This document shows positions 37,487-47,838 of a DNA stretch of 64,000 nt, piece by piece (positions within the stretch are counted from its first letter, which is position 1; each line of letters begins with the position of its first letter). The stretch spans positions 1,405-65,404 of the forward strand of contig JBNMPW010000001.1 of NCBI GenBank assembly GCA_051277205.1, in the 5' to 3' direction. A program made the translations under genes and the position numbers. The DNA is from Oceanicoccus sp. GTDB taxonomy: Bacteria; Pseudomonadota; Gammaproteobacteria; Pseudomonadales; Dasaniaceae. Under the pieces are notes generated by a model. That model was not told the DNA's origin and ran no database searches. It saw only the letters and a list, made by a program, of their open reading frames with translations.

Positions 37487-38509
37487 ATGAGCAAACGCAA
37501 ACTAACGCGACGCCAAACTTGGCGCATCAAGAAAGTCCAAGACGAGCGTACTGAACGCGCCCAGAAACGGGAGGGCGCTGTCGACCAACAAATTACCGAA
37601 GGTGAACTAGGTGACGAGCAAGAAGGCCTAATCATCGCCCACTTTGGTAGCCAAGTAGATGTAGAGTGCCTGCAAGGCAAAGATGAAGGCATTATTGCGC
37701 GCTGTCATCTGCGCGCCAACCTCGACAATTTGGTCACCGGCGACCGCGTTATTTGGCGAGCGGGCAAACCAACCGGCGTCATCGTCGCTCGCCTACCACG
37801 ACAATCGGAGTTATCTCGCCCCGACCTTCACGGCCAGTTGCGACCGATCGCTGCCAATATAGATTATATTGTGCTGGTAATTGCACCACTGCCAGAACCA
37901 CATAGCAATTTAGTCGACCGCTATTTAGTTGCCGCCGAGTCAGTCGATATTGAGCCGCTAATTTTACTCAACAAAGTGGATTTATTGGATCAGCATAATC
38001 AACAAGAAATTGATCAACTATTAGAGATCTATCCGCAGATAAATTATCGGGTGCTACGTACCTCTACCGAAAGCCAACAGGGTATCGCCGAACTCAAAGC
38101 CATATTGAAAGACCGCACCAGTGTTTTTGTCGGTCAATCTGGCGTCGGTAAATCCTCATTGATTAATATGCTATTGCCCGGCGTCGACTTAAAAGTTGGT
38201 GCGCTATCCCAAGGTAAGGCCAAGGGCACTCACACCACCACCACCGCCAAGTTATTTCATTTTCCGGATGGCGGTGATCTGGTCGATTCACCGGGGATAC
38301 GCGAGTTTGGCCTTTGGCACATGGAGCGGCATCAAGTATTGGATGGTTTTAGCGAGTTTCGACCTTTTCTCGGCCACTGTAAATTCCGCGACTGCAAACA
38401 CCAGGTTGAACCCGGCTGCGAATTACTGGCGGCGGTAGAGCGTGGCGATATCAGCCGACGACGGTTAAACAGTTTTGAAAGTATCGCTAACTCGCTAGAA
38501 AATCTATAG
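37487..38509 (+). CDS. rsgA: Ribosome small subunit-dependent GTPase
   Basis: NKVD, GQSGVGKSS, GTHTTT, DSPGIRE, CKFRDCKHQVEPGC. Confidence 0.97.
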   Translation: MSKRKLTRRQTWRIKKVQDERTERAQKREGAVDQQITEGELGDEQEGLIIAHFGSQVDVECLQGKDEGIIARCHLRANLDNLVTGDRVIWRAGKPTGVIVARLPRQSELSRPDLHGQLRPIAANIDYIVLVIAPLPEPHSNLVDRYLVAAESVDIEPLILLNKVDLLDQHNQQEIDQLLEIYPQINYRVLRTSTESQQGIAELKAILKDRTSVFVGQSGVGKSSLINMLLPGVDLKVGALSQGKAKGTHTTTTAKLFHFPDGGDLVDSPGIREFGLWHMERHQVLDGFSEFRPFLGHCKFRDCKHQVEPGCELLAAVERGDISRRRLNSFESIANSLENL

Positions 38510-38812
38510 TAAAAAAATCTATCTGCACACTATTCCCGCAACGCCGATAACTTTAAACTCGACAGCAGGCCCTCAAAATAGCCGCAAGAACCTGCAGACA
38601 AACAAGCGGATATCACATAAAAAAAAACTACACAGCCCTCAATCGCTGCCTACAAAAACTGTCGACCGATTAATCTAGCTTCCAATCTACAGCTGATTTT
38701 GTAGTACAATCTGCCGCCTGCGGTGCAGATAAAATGCATCTATATCAGTGCATCTATATCAATGCATCTATACCCATTAACCTATACCAATGACTATCGC
38801 GGAATGATTGTT

Positions 38813-39646
38813 ATGACCCAAGCACTGCCACTGTTATTAGAAGCCGAACAATTTGCCACCGTGCTTGCCAGCCATCCAATGTCTGGCTCGTTGTTGATAC
38901 TCGACACCAGCAGCAACGAAAACTATCTAAAGCACCACTTGCCTGGTGCCATTCATATCGAACCAAAAGCCCTGCAATGTGGCACCCCACCGGTACCGGG
39001 TAAATTACCCAGCCAGCAGCAATTGACGGACATGTTCTCTGAGGCCGGCTTGACCGCCGATCAACAAGTGGTGGTATACGATGATGAGGGTGGCGGCTGG
39101 GCCGGACGACTGCTGTGGACCTTAGACGTATTGGGCCATCACAACACCGCCTATCTCAACGGCGGCATCCATGCATGGCTTAACGAGGGCTACCCGGTTG
39201 AAAGTGGTGGCGGACAAACAAGCCCCAGTGATTTTGTTGCCACTATTGATAATGGTCCCATTGCTGAAGCTGAACAGATTATTCCACTGTTAGGCACAGA
39301 CAATTTCGGTATTTGGGATGCTCGCTCTAATGCCGAATACGACGGTAGCAAAGTATTTGCCAAGCGCGGCGGCCATATCCCCGGCGCTGTTAATATTGAT
39401 TGGTTAGAATTGATTGACCGTGACAACAGCACTCGACTGGTCGATCTAGAAGGATTACAGCAACGCCTAAACAGCCTTGGACTAACTAAAGACAAGCACA
39501 TCATCACCCATTGCCAAACTCATCACCGCTCGGGGCTAACTTATTTGGCGATGAAAATTCTTGGTTATAGTCATATCAAAGCCTACCATGGCTCATGGTC
39601 AGAATGGGGCAACCGTGAAGACACCCCGATCGAAAAGTCATTCTAA
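38813..39646 (+). CDS. Tandem rhodanese/thiosulfate sulfurtransferase (RhdA-like)
   Basis: HLPGA, GHIPGA, active loop HCQTHHRSG, YHGSWSEW. Confidence 0.9.
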   Translation: MTQALPLLLEAEQFATVLASHPMSGSLLILDTSSNENYLKHHLPGAIHIEPKALQCGTPPVPGKLPSQQQLTDMFSEAGLTADQQVVVYDDEGGGWAGRLLWTLDVLGHHNTAYLNGGIHAWLNEGYPVESGGGQTSPSDFVATIDNGPIAEAEQIIPLLGTDNFGIWDARSNAEYDGSKVFAKRGGHIPGAVNIDWLELIDRDNSTRLVDLEGLQQRLNSLGLTKDKHIITHCQTHHRSGLTYLAMKILGYSHIKAYHGSWSEWGNREDTPIEKSF

Positions 39647-39655
39647 GAGAAATTT

Positions 39656-40513
39656 ATGAACACTGTATTTATTATTTTTCAATATCTGGTACCACAGCAT
39701 TTATTATCACGGCTTGCAGGCAAAGTGGCCGATTGTGAATGGCCGTGGCTGAAAAACTTATTTATAAATTGGTTTATCGATCGCTACCAAGTCAACATGG
39801 ACGAAGCAGCTGATCCAGAGCCTACCAACTACGCAAGCTTTAATGCTTTTTTTACTCGTCAATTAGAAGCAGGCGCACGCCCCATTGTTGCCGAAGGCAA
39901 CGCTATTGCCAGTCCCGCCGATGGCGCTATTAGCCAACTGGGTACTATCGAAAACGGACGCATCTTTCAAGCCAAAGGGCAGAACTACACATTGACAGAA
40001 TTATTAGGGGGTGACGAAGCCATCGCCGCACCTTTTCAAGACGGTAAATTCGCCACTGTCTACCTATCACCCAAAGATTATCATCGCGTGCATATGCCCA
40101 TCACCGGCACGTTAAAAACTATGATCTATGTGCCCGGCGATTTATTTTCTGTCAATACCGTCACCGCCGAAAATGTACCGCGATTGTTTGCTCGCAATGA
40201 GCGCGCGGTGTGTATTTTTGACACCGAAATCGGCCCCATGGCAGTAGTGTTAGTTGGCGCGATGATCGTAGCCGGTATCGAAACTGTTTGGGCCGGACAA
40301 GTGGCGCCGATTAAACGCAGCATCAACACCCAACACTATTTCGACCAGGAATTATCGATCAGCTTACAAAAAGGTGATGAAATGGGACGCTTCAAATTGG
40401 GCTCCACGGCTATCGTATTGTTTGGCAAAGGCGTTATGGAATGGAGTCAACAGCTAGACGCCGCCAGCCCAACCGTGATGGGTGAGTTACTGGGTCAGAT
40501 GACTACCGGCTAA
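39656..40513 (+). CDS. psd: Phosphatidylserine decarboxylase
   Basis: FNAFFTR, SPADG, YLSPKDYHRVHMP, RFKLGST cleavage site. Confidence 0.96.
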   Translation: MNTVFIIFQYLVPQHLLSRLAGKVADCEWPWLKNLFINWFIDRYQVNMDEAADPEPTNYASFNAFFTRQLEAGARPIVAEGNAIASPADGAISQLGTIENGRIFQAKGQNYTLTELLGGDEAIAAPFQDGKFATVYLSPKDYHRVHMPITGTLKTMIYVPGDLFSVNTVTAENVPRLFARNERAVCIFDTEIGPMAVVLVGAMIVAGIETVWAGQVAPIKRSINTQHYFDQELSISLQKGDEMGRFKLGSTAIVLFGKGVMEWSQQLDAASPTVMGELLGQMTTG

Positions 40514-40518
40514 AATAG

Positions 40519-41289
40519 ATGTTGGATCTACAGTGGTATCAATACGGCGCTATCGCTCTGATTTTCATCTGGAGCGGCCTGGTGCGTTCCGGCTTAGGTT
40601 TTGGTGGCGCCGTTTTTGCCCTACCGTTTTTATTAATATTAGTTAATGACCCGTTAATATGGTTACCTCTCATTTCGGTGCATCTGCTATTTTTTTCCGC
40701 TCTCACTGTCATCCAAAGCCACAAAAAAACCAACCAAGATAACAACAGCGAAAGCAGTATTGATTGGCGCTATTTACGCTACTGCCTCGGCATTATGATT
40801 ATTCCCAAGATGATCGGCGTGTTTGGCTTGGTCACACTACCAGTAGAAATTTTAAGTGGTATTATTTTTACTATCACCGCCGCTTATTCATTAACTTATG
40901 TCTTCAATAAACCTTTTAGCAGTAACAATAAATGGCTAGACATTGGTTTTCTGATGTTGGGTGGCTATATCAGTGGCACCTCATTAATTGGCGCTCCGTT
41001 AATCGTGGTGGTGCTAGCTAAGCATATCAACCGCCATCAACTGCGTGACAGTTTATTCGTACTGTGGTTTATTTTGGTGACGATTAAAATGGTCGCCTTT
41101 ATTTATATTGGCATTGATTTGCAATTGATACACCATCTCTGGTTATTACCAGCAGCGGGAATTGGTCATATGATTGGCTTAAAGCTCCACGATAGAATGC
41201 TACGTAGCGACCCAGTACTTTTTTATCGCGGGCTTGGCAGTATATTATTATTTATGAGCTTGATTGGTCTTGGGCGAATATTCAGTTAG
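40519..41289 (+). CDS. TauE/SafE-family (TSUP) transporter
   Basis: SGLVRSGLGFGG, GGYISGTSLIGAP, about 8 TM helices. Confidence 0.8.
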   Translation: MLDLQWYQYGAIALIFIWSGLVRSGLGFGGAVFALPFLLILVNDPLIWLPLISVHLLFFSALTVIQSHKKTNQDNNSESSIDWRYLRYCLGIMIIPKMIGVFGLVTLPVEILSGIIFTITAAYSLTYVFNKPFSSNNKWLDIGFLMLGGYISGTSLIGAPLIVVVLAKHINRHQLRDSLFVLWFILVTIKMVAFIYIGIDLQLIHHLWLLPAAGIGHMIGLKLHDRMLRSDPVLFYRGLGSILLFMSLIGLGRIFS

Positions 41290-41322
41290 CCGCGGTTTAC
41301 TGCAAGCGCATATTATCTAGAT

Positions 41323-41454
41323 TCAGTGTGGTTGCTTGAGGCTGATCCATCACAAAAGCCCATAGCCACCGAGGCAGCCGATAAAAGATAACGGGGCCAG
41401 CAAGATAAGAATAATTAGAGCAATTTTATTTTTTGTTATAAATTGATTATTCAT
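41323..41454 (-). pseudogene. NapE/TorE-like small membrane protein interrupted by TGA
   Basis: MNNQFITKNKIALIILILLAPLSFIGCLGGYGLL*WISLKQPH*; P-x7-GGYG-x3-W spacing as in NapE. Confidence 0.45.
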
Positions 41455-41468
41455 TACAGAGGTCATAT

Positions 41469-42428
41469 TTAAACCGTGAAGCTTGATAACAAACCTTTTA
41501 ACTGCAGAAGTTTAGTCGGAGAGCAAGACGCCATCACTGCAGCCAGAGTATCGTCTTTATTGACAGTAGCCGAAAGCTGCGTAAGTTGCAGCGCATACCA
41601 CAGCAACGCCAAATAACTGTAAATAACTCGCTGATGCGCTAAGCGTTGCAAATCTTGCTTATTAAAGGAGCGCCCAAGATACGCCACTAGCAATTGCTTG
41701 GCGGTGCTATCATCCAACTGCTGCCCTTCGCAGATAACCGCCAGATCAAAAAAAGGATCACCCATAGCGGCGTACTCCCAATCAATGGCATAGAGACTTT
41801 CATTCTTGATAATCAAGTTTTCTGTTAGCAAGTCATTGTGACACAAACATAAACGCGCATTATCTTGCGTACTGAATAATCGTTGGCTGGCAACGATATG
41901 ATGTTCTAGCTGATCGGTCAGTGCATGTAATTGCATAGCCATATCGCTGTGCATATCAATACCTTGCCAATATTTTTCTATTTTTTCTCTGACATCAAGC
42001 ATGGCTGTAATTGCGGGCAGTTGATGAATTTTTTGCAGCAACTGCGCCAGTTGCTGACCGCCCGCAACTGACTGAGATTTTTCAAGTGACCAATGCTCGC
42101 CATCAATATACTCTGTCAGCAGATAGCGCTGATGAGGGTCACTGTAATGACAATGGGGCGTAATACCCTCATCTGCCGCCAGTGACATCGCTTGTAATTC
42201 TGACTGACGGTTGATATCAAGGCTATGGCTGTGATTGGCATTAATCCGTAACACCCATTGGCTATGAGGACTTTGCACGCAATAACTTTGATTAGTAAGG
42301 CCATTGCCTAAAGGTTTGACCGTAGTCGGTTCACACTCTGACCATAACGGCCATTCAGCCAGCGCGGCGTCTAACTGAGGTGAATTAAATAACGCATTGT
42401 TTGACAAGGGGTTATCCAGTGCTGGCAC
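41469..42428 (-). CDS. Choline/aminoglycoside-kinase-fold phosphotransferase, probable thiamine kinase
   Basis: GLTNQSY, CHNDLLTENL, IDWEYAAMGDPFFDLA; last gene of the TPP-riboswitch operon. Confidence 0.8.
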   Translation of the reverse strand: MPALDNPLSNNALFNSPQLDAALAEWPLWSECEPTTVKPLGNGLTNQSYCVQSPHSQWVLRINANHSHSLDINRQSELQAMSLAADEGITPHCHYSDPHQRYLLTEYIDGEHWSLEKSQSVAGGQQLAQLLQKIHQLPAITAMLDVREKIEKYWQGIDMHSDMAMQLHALTDQLEHHIVASQRLFSTQDNARLCLCHNDLLTENLIIKNESLYAIDWEYAAMGDPFFDLAVICEGQQLDDSTAKQLLVAYLGRSFNKQDLQRLAHQRVIYSYLALLWYALQLTQLSATVNKDDTLAAVMASCSPTKLLQLKGLLSSFTV

Positions 42429-43058
42429 TTAGCCAGAAATTTGAGGCTGTTGGTGTTGATAAATAGTACGCCATTTATAATAACCAAAAAACACCAATAC
42501 GACATAAGTAACAAACAGCAACGCCGTTAGATATAATTCGCGGTCGATATACAAAAACACTGACACGCTATCAATAACAATCCAATAAAGCCAATTCTCC
42601 AGCACCTTTTTGGCTACCATATAGGTAGTGATAACCGCCCCCCAAGTGGTAAATGAATCTACATAAGGCAACGCCGCCGAGCTATTATGTTGCAGCAAAT
42701 ATCCCGACACAGCGGTCAAAACAGCCACCGTCAACAAAGCCAAACAATGCTGCTGTAAAGACCAGCGATGGATTAATATTTTTGCTGTTTGAGTATCTAC
42801 AGTCGATTGCTTCCGCCATTGCAACCAACCATAAACTGCCATTAACAAATAATAGATTTGCAATACCGACTCCATCAACAAGTCTACATCCCAAAAAATA
42901 AAGATATAAATTGCGGTACTCAGCAATGCCGCATACCAGCATTCAATGCGCTCCATCATGGCCAGCATGAGATAAGCCAACGCTAATATAACCGCCAACA
43001 ACTCCCAGCCTGACATTAACTGCCAAGCGCCGACAACATTTAACCCTAATTCATCCAT
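42429..43058 (-). CDS. PnuC-family vitamin transporter (PnuT, thiamine)
   Basis: LQIYYLLMAVYGWLQW, PYVDSFTT, KKVLENWLYWIVID; TPP-riboswitch context. Confidence 0.88.
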   Translation of the reverse strand: MDELGLNVVGAWQLMSGWELLAVILALAYLMLAMMERIECWYAALLSTAIYIFIFWDVDLLMESVLQIYYLLMAVYGWLQWRKQSTVDTQTAKILIHRWSLQQHCLALLTVAVLTAVSGYLLQHNSSAALPYVDSFTTWGAVITTYMVAKKVLENWLYWIVIDSVSVFLYIDRELYLTALLFVTYVVLVFFGYYKWRTIYQHQQPQISG

Positions 43059-43068
43059 AGACAACCTA

Positions 43069-43326
43069 TTATTCAGCCGGGCTTAAATCACTATCAATAA
43101 ACTTACAAACAAAAATGGCTCTGCCGAACTGTTCAAAAGATCGGCGCATTTCATCGCGCATCACATCCATCACCAAGTCATAATCACCAAAGATTTGGGT
43201 ACTCATGGTACTGGTAATCACACGCAAAGCAGGATACCTATTCACCCGATCAATAAAATCTTGGATCGCCGGGATATATTCATTCTTTAAGGGGTACATG
43301 CTTACTTCTACTGAAAGCTTCATCAT
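43069..43326 (-). CDS. YkoF/thiamine-binding protein family
   Basis: SVEVSMYPL...IQDFI...MSTQIFGDYD. Confidence 0.8.
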   Translation of the reverse strand: MMKLSVEVSMYPLKNEYIPAIQDFIDRVNRYPALRVITSTMSTQIFGDYDLVMDVMRDEMRRSFEQFGRAIFVCKFIDSDLSPAE

Positions 43327-43421
43327 TTAACTCCAAATAACTGGGGCGACATGCCTGGCAGAAATACCAGAGCGGCTATAGTCTTATCTAGCACCGCCCC
43401 GTTCCGCTGATTGATGGTTAT

Positions 43422-45572
43422 TTAAAAAGTATAGCTGGCAGAAATACCGGCCACACGTGGCGCAGCAAACTGATAATAGCTTTCTGGTGCATAGCCATTA
43501 GCGGGGTTATTACCAAACTGATTACTAAAATAGAAACCGCGCGTGTAATAATCTTTATCCGTTAAGTTCTTGGCCCACAAAGCTACATTCCAGTTATCGG
43601 CCTGGTAAGTTAACCGCGCATTAAATAACTCATAGCTATTAGACTTTTCATCATGGCTATTGGAGAAATAAAACGCATCTTTGCCTTCAGCTTCCAAACG
43701 TAATGTTAGGCGGCTCATTAAAGCAATTTCAGTACCCACAAAAAACTGATAACTAGGAGCATGGGCAACATCGCGACCATCTAAATCTACCGGTGTTAAA
43801 ACCGCCCCATTAAAATCATCTTTGGCATCGACATGAGATTCGCTGAGAAAGTCATCAAACTCTGCATTTAATAAACCTATCGCTGCAAAAAATCGCAGTG
43901 ACTCAGTCGCTTTAAAATTAATATCCAGTTCTAAACCCGTGGTATTACCACCGGCAGCATTGGCCAGAAAATCATCAAAAGAAAAATCATTAGGGTCAAA
44001 AATAGACTGTTTGGCTTGCACATCACTACGGTCTTGATAAAACAAAGCGACCTGTGCCTGTAAGCGATCATCCAACCAAGCACCTTTTAAACCTAACTCA
44101 TAGTTGAGCATGTATTCGGTATCAAACTCAAACACCGAGCGACTAATATCTGTGTTAGATGCCGCCGCCGAAATTATTTTACCATTCACACCACCGGCCT
44201 TATAGCCCCGCGAAATCAATCCATAGACCATGGCATTGTCGGCATAGTGATATTCTAAACTAACACTACCACCCCACAGATCTTCATCATTATTTGAGTT
44301 CACTGACAAGCTGTCACTGTATTCCGCTTGCCGGCTTTCTAGTCGCAGCCCGGTCACCAAGTCCAAACGGCTATTTATAGCAGTAGTCAGCTGGCCATAG
44401 AGGGCATAATTCTCGGTATCAAACTGACTCTCAAAACTATTATTTCTAACCAAGCTCTGCTCTTCATTACGCAAATAAACACCAGCCACCCAGCTACTAT
44501 TACCGGCAAAAATATTATGATCAGGTTTTGAAACGAAACGAATATCGGCACTGATATTATCTTGATCACGGGCATAATTATCCGTTGAGCTGTAGCCATC
44601 AGGGTGAAAGCCTTCATAAACCCAGTCTTCGTCATAACCGTATTCAGTTTCTGAATCAGCAGCACTGATCACGGTTTCAACGCTGAAGTTATTCGCACCA
44701 GAAAAGACCGTACGTAATGAAGCTGCAACCGACTCTTGTCGATCCCAACCGGGTTGATCCGACAATGTGGTGCGACTGTTATCTAAACTAAAAGCATCAT
44801 AACCATTATCAACATCTATATAGAGCAGGTTGAAATCCATCTGTAAATCGTCGCTGGCATCAAAGCGCAACTTAGCTTTCACCACAGACTCGTCTAGGTC
44901 GCTAGTATCATCACGCTGTAAAAAGTCATTATCGGTATAACCATCCGACTGTTGGTTCTGTGCCGCTAAGCGATATTTGAACCGCTCGCTCAGTGGTCCA
45001 CTAACCACCAGTGAAACAGTCTGGCTGTTATATTCCGCCAATTCCGCGCTGATTTTTGCCATTGGCGTATCGCTGGGTGCATTGCTGTTCATATTGATTA
45101 AACCCGCCAGTGCGTTGGCGCCATAATGCGTGCCTTGCGGGCCACGCAATATCTCTACCTGCGACATATCCAAGGTGCTAGCCGCTAATCCTAAACCAGT
45201 AAAATCAATCCCGTCGACGATTAGGCCGACCGATGGATTAACCGGATCAACGAACTGACTGCGCTCGCCGATACCACGAATTTGCAAAAAACGGCCACGA
45301 GAAGCACCTGCTGAAAAATTTACATTGGGCGCCATATTCAGTAGTTCATCGAGATTACCGGCACCGCGTGCCTCAATCGTCGATTGATCAAACACGCTAA
45401 CACTGGTGCCAATGTCAAGCGCGCTGGCATCACGAAACTGGCTGGTAACCACCATTTCTTCTAGGCCGGTGATGGCAACAGTTGTGTCCGCGTTTGCGAA
45501 TGACGCAACAACGACTGCTGCGCTCAAATATATAGAACTTGCGATATGTCTTGGGGTAAAAAAATATTTCAT
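43422..45572 (-). CDS. TonB-dependent receptor, probable thiamine uptake
   Basis: LEEMVVTS TonB box, QVEILRGPQGT, C-terminal SASYTF. Start at ATG 45572 downstream of the riboswitch. Confidence 0.92.
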   Translation of the reverse strand: MKYFFTPRHIASSIYLSAAVVVASFANADTTVAITGLEEMVVTSQFRDASALDIGTSVSVFDQSTIEARGAGNLDELLNMAPNVNFSAGASRGRFLQIRGIGERSQFVDPVNPSVGLIVDGIDFTGLGLAASTLDMSQVEILRGPQGTHYGANALAGLINMNSNAPSDTPMAKISAELAEYNSQTVSLVVSGPLSERFKYRLAAQNQQSDGYTDNDFLQRDDTSDLDESVVKAKLRFDASDDLQMDFNLLYIDVDNGYDAFSLDNSRTTLSDQPGWDRQESVAASLRTVFSGANNFSVETVISAADSETEYGYDEDWVYEGFHPDGYSSTDNYARDQDNISADIRFVSKPDHNIFAGNSSWVAGVYLRNEEQSLVRNNSFESQFDTENYALYGQLTTAINSRLDLVTGLRLESRQAEYSDSLSVNSNNDEDLWGGSVSLEYHYADNAMVYGLISRGYKAGGVNGKIISAAASNTDISRSVFEFDTEYMLNYELGLKGAWLDDRLQAQVALFYQDRSDVQAKQSIFDPNDFSFDDFLANAAGGNTTGLELDINFKATESLRFFAAIGLLNAEFDDFLSESHVDAKDDFNGAVLTPVDLDGRDVAHAPSYQFFVGTEIALMSRLTLRLEAEGKDAFYFSNSHDEKSNSYELFNARLTYQADNWNVALWAKNLTDKDYYTRGFYFSNQFGNNPANGYAPESYYQFAAPRVAGISASYTF

Positions 45573-45640
45573 TGGTTCTCTCTCGTAAAATAAAATGAAA
45601 GAGACCCGGTGTGCGACGAGAAGAGGAGTATTGAATGTCA

Positions 45641-45736
45641 CCTATTCCTACGCCGGTATTAACCGGATCAGGTTCAAGGGTTTGCGCTAAACGATAAAAT
45701 CGTTTGCAACATCTCAGGCCGGAGCCACCCCTTAGG
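45641..45736 (-). ncRNA. TPP riboswitch
   Basis: CCTAAGGGGTG...CTGAGA...ACCCTTGAACCTGATCCGGTTAATACCGGCGTAGGAATAGG. Downstream CTTCTCGT can pair with ACGAGAGAG at the ribosome-binding site. Confidence 0.96.
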
Positions 45737-45852
45737 TTTGCGGGCGCAATTGTAACAGGAAAGATTGTCGCCGCCAGTGGAATTTTATCTGATGTCTAGA
45801 TTTGGTGTAGGTATAGTTGCAGGCTTCGTCCGTCAGGCCAAAGGCTTAGTGC

Positions 45853-46263
45853 TTAACCGGCACTGATAGGCGGGTGAAAAATAAGCTGGACAACATTGCC
45901 ATCGGGGTCGAGGCAATAAAAACTGCGAGCACCGTCGCGGTGGGTTTTCGGCGTATTTTTTATCCGCACACCGTTTTCTTTCAAAAATTGATACCATACA
46001 TCTACTTGGTCTATAGCATCAATAATAAAACCAATATGATCAAGCCGCTGCACAGCTGCCGGGCGTTCGCCACCGGTATAACGATGCAACGCCACATTAT
46101 CATTACCGGAGCTTAGGTAGATATTGTCTGCATCCGGCTCCCACTCAATCTCCATACCCATTAATTTGGTATAGAAAATAACTGTCTCTTCAAAGCTTTC
46201 TACAAACAAAGCGACATGGCGCATACCGGCTGTCGGCGCGGGACGTTTAGCATCAATAGTCAT
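45853..46263 (-). CDS. VOC/glyoxalase-family protein
   Basis: MRHVAL, LDHIGF, SFYCLDPDGN. Confidence 0.88.
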   Translation of the reverse strand: MTIDAKRPAPTAGMRHVALFVESFEETVIFYTKLMGMEIEWEPDADNIYLSSGNDNVALHRYTGGERPAAVQRLDHIGFIIDAIDQVDVWYQFLKENGVRIKNTPKTHRDGARSFYCLDPDGNVVQLIFHPPISAG

Positions 46264-46298
46264 AGTTAACCCTCGTTATAGCAATGAGATTCAAGATT

Positions 46299-46724
46299 TT
46301 ACTCTGCCAGTTCTTTAATTTCATGGCTATGACTGACATCAACACCAGCTGCCTCCATCATAATCGAAGCTGAACAATACTTTTCAGCGGATAAACTCAC
46401 CGCCCGCTTTACCTGCGATTCTTTCAAGCCGCGGCCAGTGACGATGAAATGCAGGTGTATTTTGGTAAATACGGCGGGCACTGCATCCGCTCGCTCAGCC
46501 TCTAATTCAGCGACGCAGCCACTGACATCCTGACGGGATTTCTTCAGCATTGTCATTACATCAAAGGAAGCACAACCGCCCATCCCCATCAGTAACATCT
46601 CCATTGGTCTTGGGCCGAGGTCACGGCCACCAAGGTCTTCTGGCCCATCCATCACCATTCGATGGCCAGTTCCAGACTCGGCTACAAAACTGACGCCATC
46701 AACCCAATTTATCGTTGCTTTCAT
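46299..46724 (-). CDS. OsmC-family protein (YhfA-like)
   Basis: GPRPMEMLLMGMGGC, LSAEKYCSAS; divergent from crp. Confidence 0.9.
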   Translation of the reverse strand: MKATINWVDGVSFVAESGTGHRMVMDGPEDLGGRDLGPRPMEMLLMGMGGCASFDVMTMLKKSRQDVSGCVAELEAERADAVPAVFTKIHLHFIVTGRGLKESQVKRAVSLSAEKYCSASIMMEAAGVDVSHSHEIKELAE

Positions 46725-46900
46725 TAATAAAAAATTCCAATCTATGCCGGCTAGGCTCAAATATGCAAGCTTAGCACAACCATACCATTGACCAAATATT
46801 TACAATCGTGGTAATCGCCTAGCGCAACTGGCATTTACGAGCCATACTGAAAGGCAGAATTTAATAACGATCAGATTTTAGTTTTTATGAGGACCGTACC

Positions 46901-47536
46901 TTGGTTAGTTTAGCGTTAAGCCCACATATCGAAAATGTCGAAGAGTTTCTCACCCACTGTCATCGTCGCCGCTACCCTGCTAAAAGCACGCTGATTTATG
47001 CCGGTGACACCAGTGACTCTCTTTATTACATCTTAGAAGGCTCGGTCACCGTAATGATCGAAGATAATGACGGCAAAGAGATTATTGTCGCCTATCTGAA
47101 TAAGGGCGATTTCTTTGGTGAAATGGGCTTATTCGAAGGCCAACAAGAACGTAGCGCTTGGGTAAAAGCCAAAACAGCCTGTGAAGTAGGTGAAATTAGC
47201 TACGCAAAATTCCACGAGCTCAGCAAAACAAACCCCGAGTTCCTACTCGCCGTTGGCACCCAAATGGCCAAGAGCTTGCGCGCCACTACCCGTAAAGTTG
47301 GCGATCTGGCCTTCCTTGACGTAACTGGCCGAGTCGCCCGTACCTTGCTCGACTTGTGCAAGCAACCGGACGCCATGACCCATCCCGATGGCATGCAAAT
47401 CAAAATCACCCGTCAAGAGATCGGCCGCATTGTTGGTTGCTCACGAGAAATGGTTGGACGAGTATTAAAAACCTTGGAAGAACAAGGTTTGGTAGAAGCC
47501 AAGGGTAAAACCATGGTGGTATTTGGCACTCGTTAA
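46901..47536 (+). CDS. crp: cAMP receptor protein CRP/Vfr
   Basis: FGEMGLF...[35 protein letters not shown]. Confidence 0.96.
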   Translation: MVSLALSPHIENVEEFLTHCHRRRYPAKSTLIYAGDTSDSLYYILEGSVTVMIEDNDGKEIIVAYLNKGDFFGEMGLFEGQQERSAWVKAKTACEVGEISYAKFHELSKTNPEFLLAVGTQMAKSLRATTRKVGDLAFLDVTGRVARTLLDLCKQPDAMTHPDGMQIKITRQEIGRIVGCSREMVGRVLKTLEEQGLVEAKGKTMVVFGTR

Positions 47537-47838
47537 TGCGGGCAAGTCCATGCCACTTCCCAGAAACAGGCTGAAGGTTATTGCCCCGCAACTGGCGGCC
47601 CTCCGGGATACCCCCTTTTTTATTCTTATGCCTACTGAAAACTTTTATCGTCGCATGAGATGTCGAGATCAATGTGGCGGTTACTGTTGCGTAATATCAA
47701 GGGCAAGGGCGAGAACGGGTTAGAGACAGCGCAGCCCTTTAAGGCTCTGGATTAAACGACGAAAGTCGGGACGACCATTGAGCAATAGTGGCCCCCGCAC
47801 TCATCGTTAACTGCACAAAATTTGCTTATCGTTGTAGT

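Noticed and set aside
45573-45641. Extended start of the thiamine TonB receptor ORF
   Set aside because: This stretch is the riboswitch expression platform; ATG 45572 gives a proper signal peptide.
47540-47835. Possible sRNA or ORF between crp and trpC
   Set aside because: A few weak hairpins but no recognisable RNA family or convincing protein.
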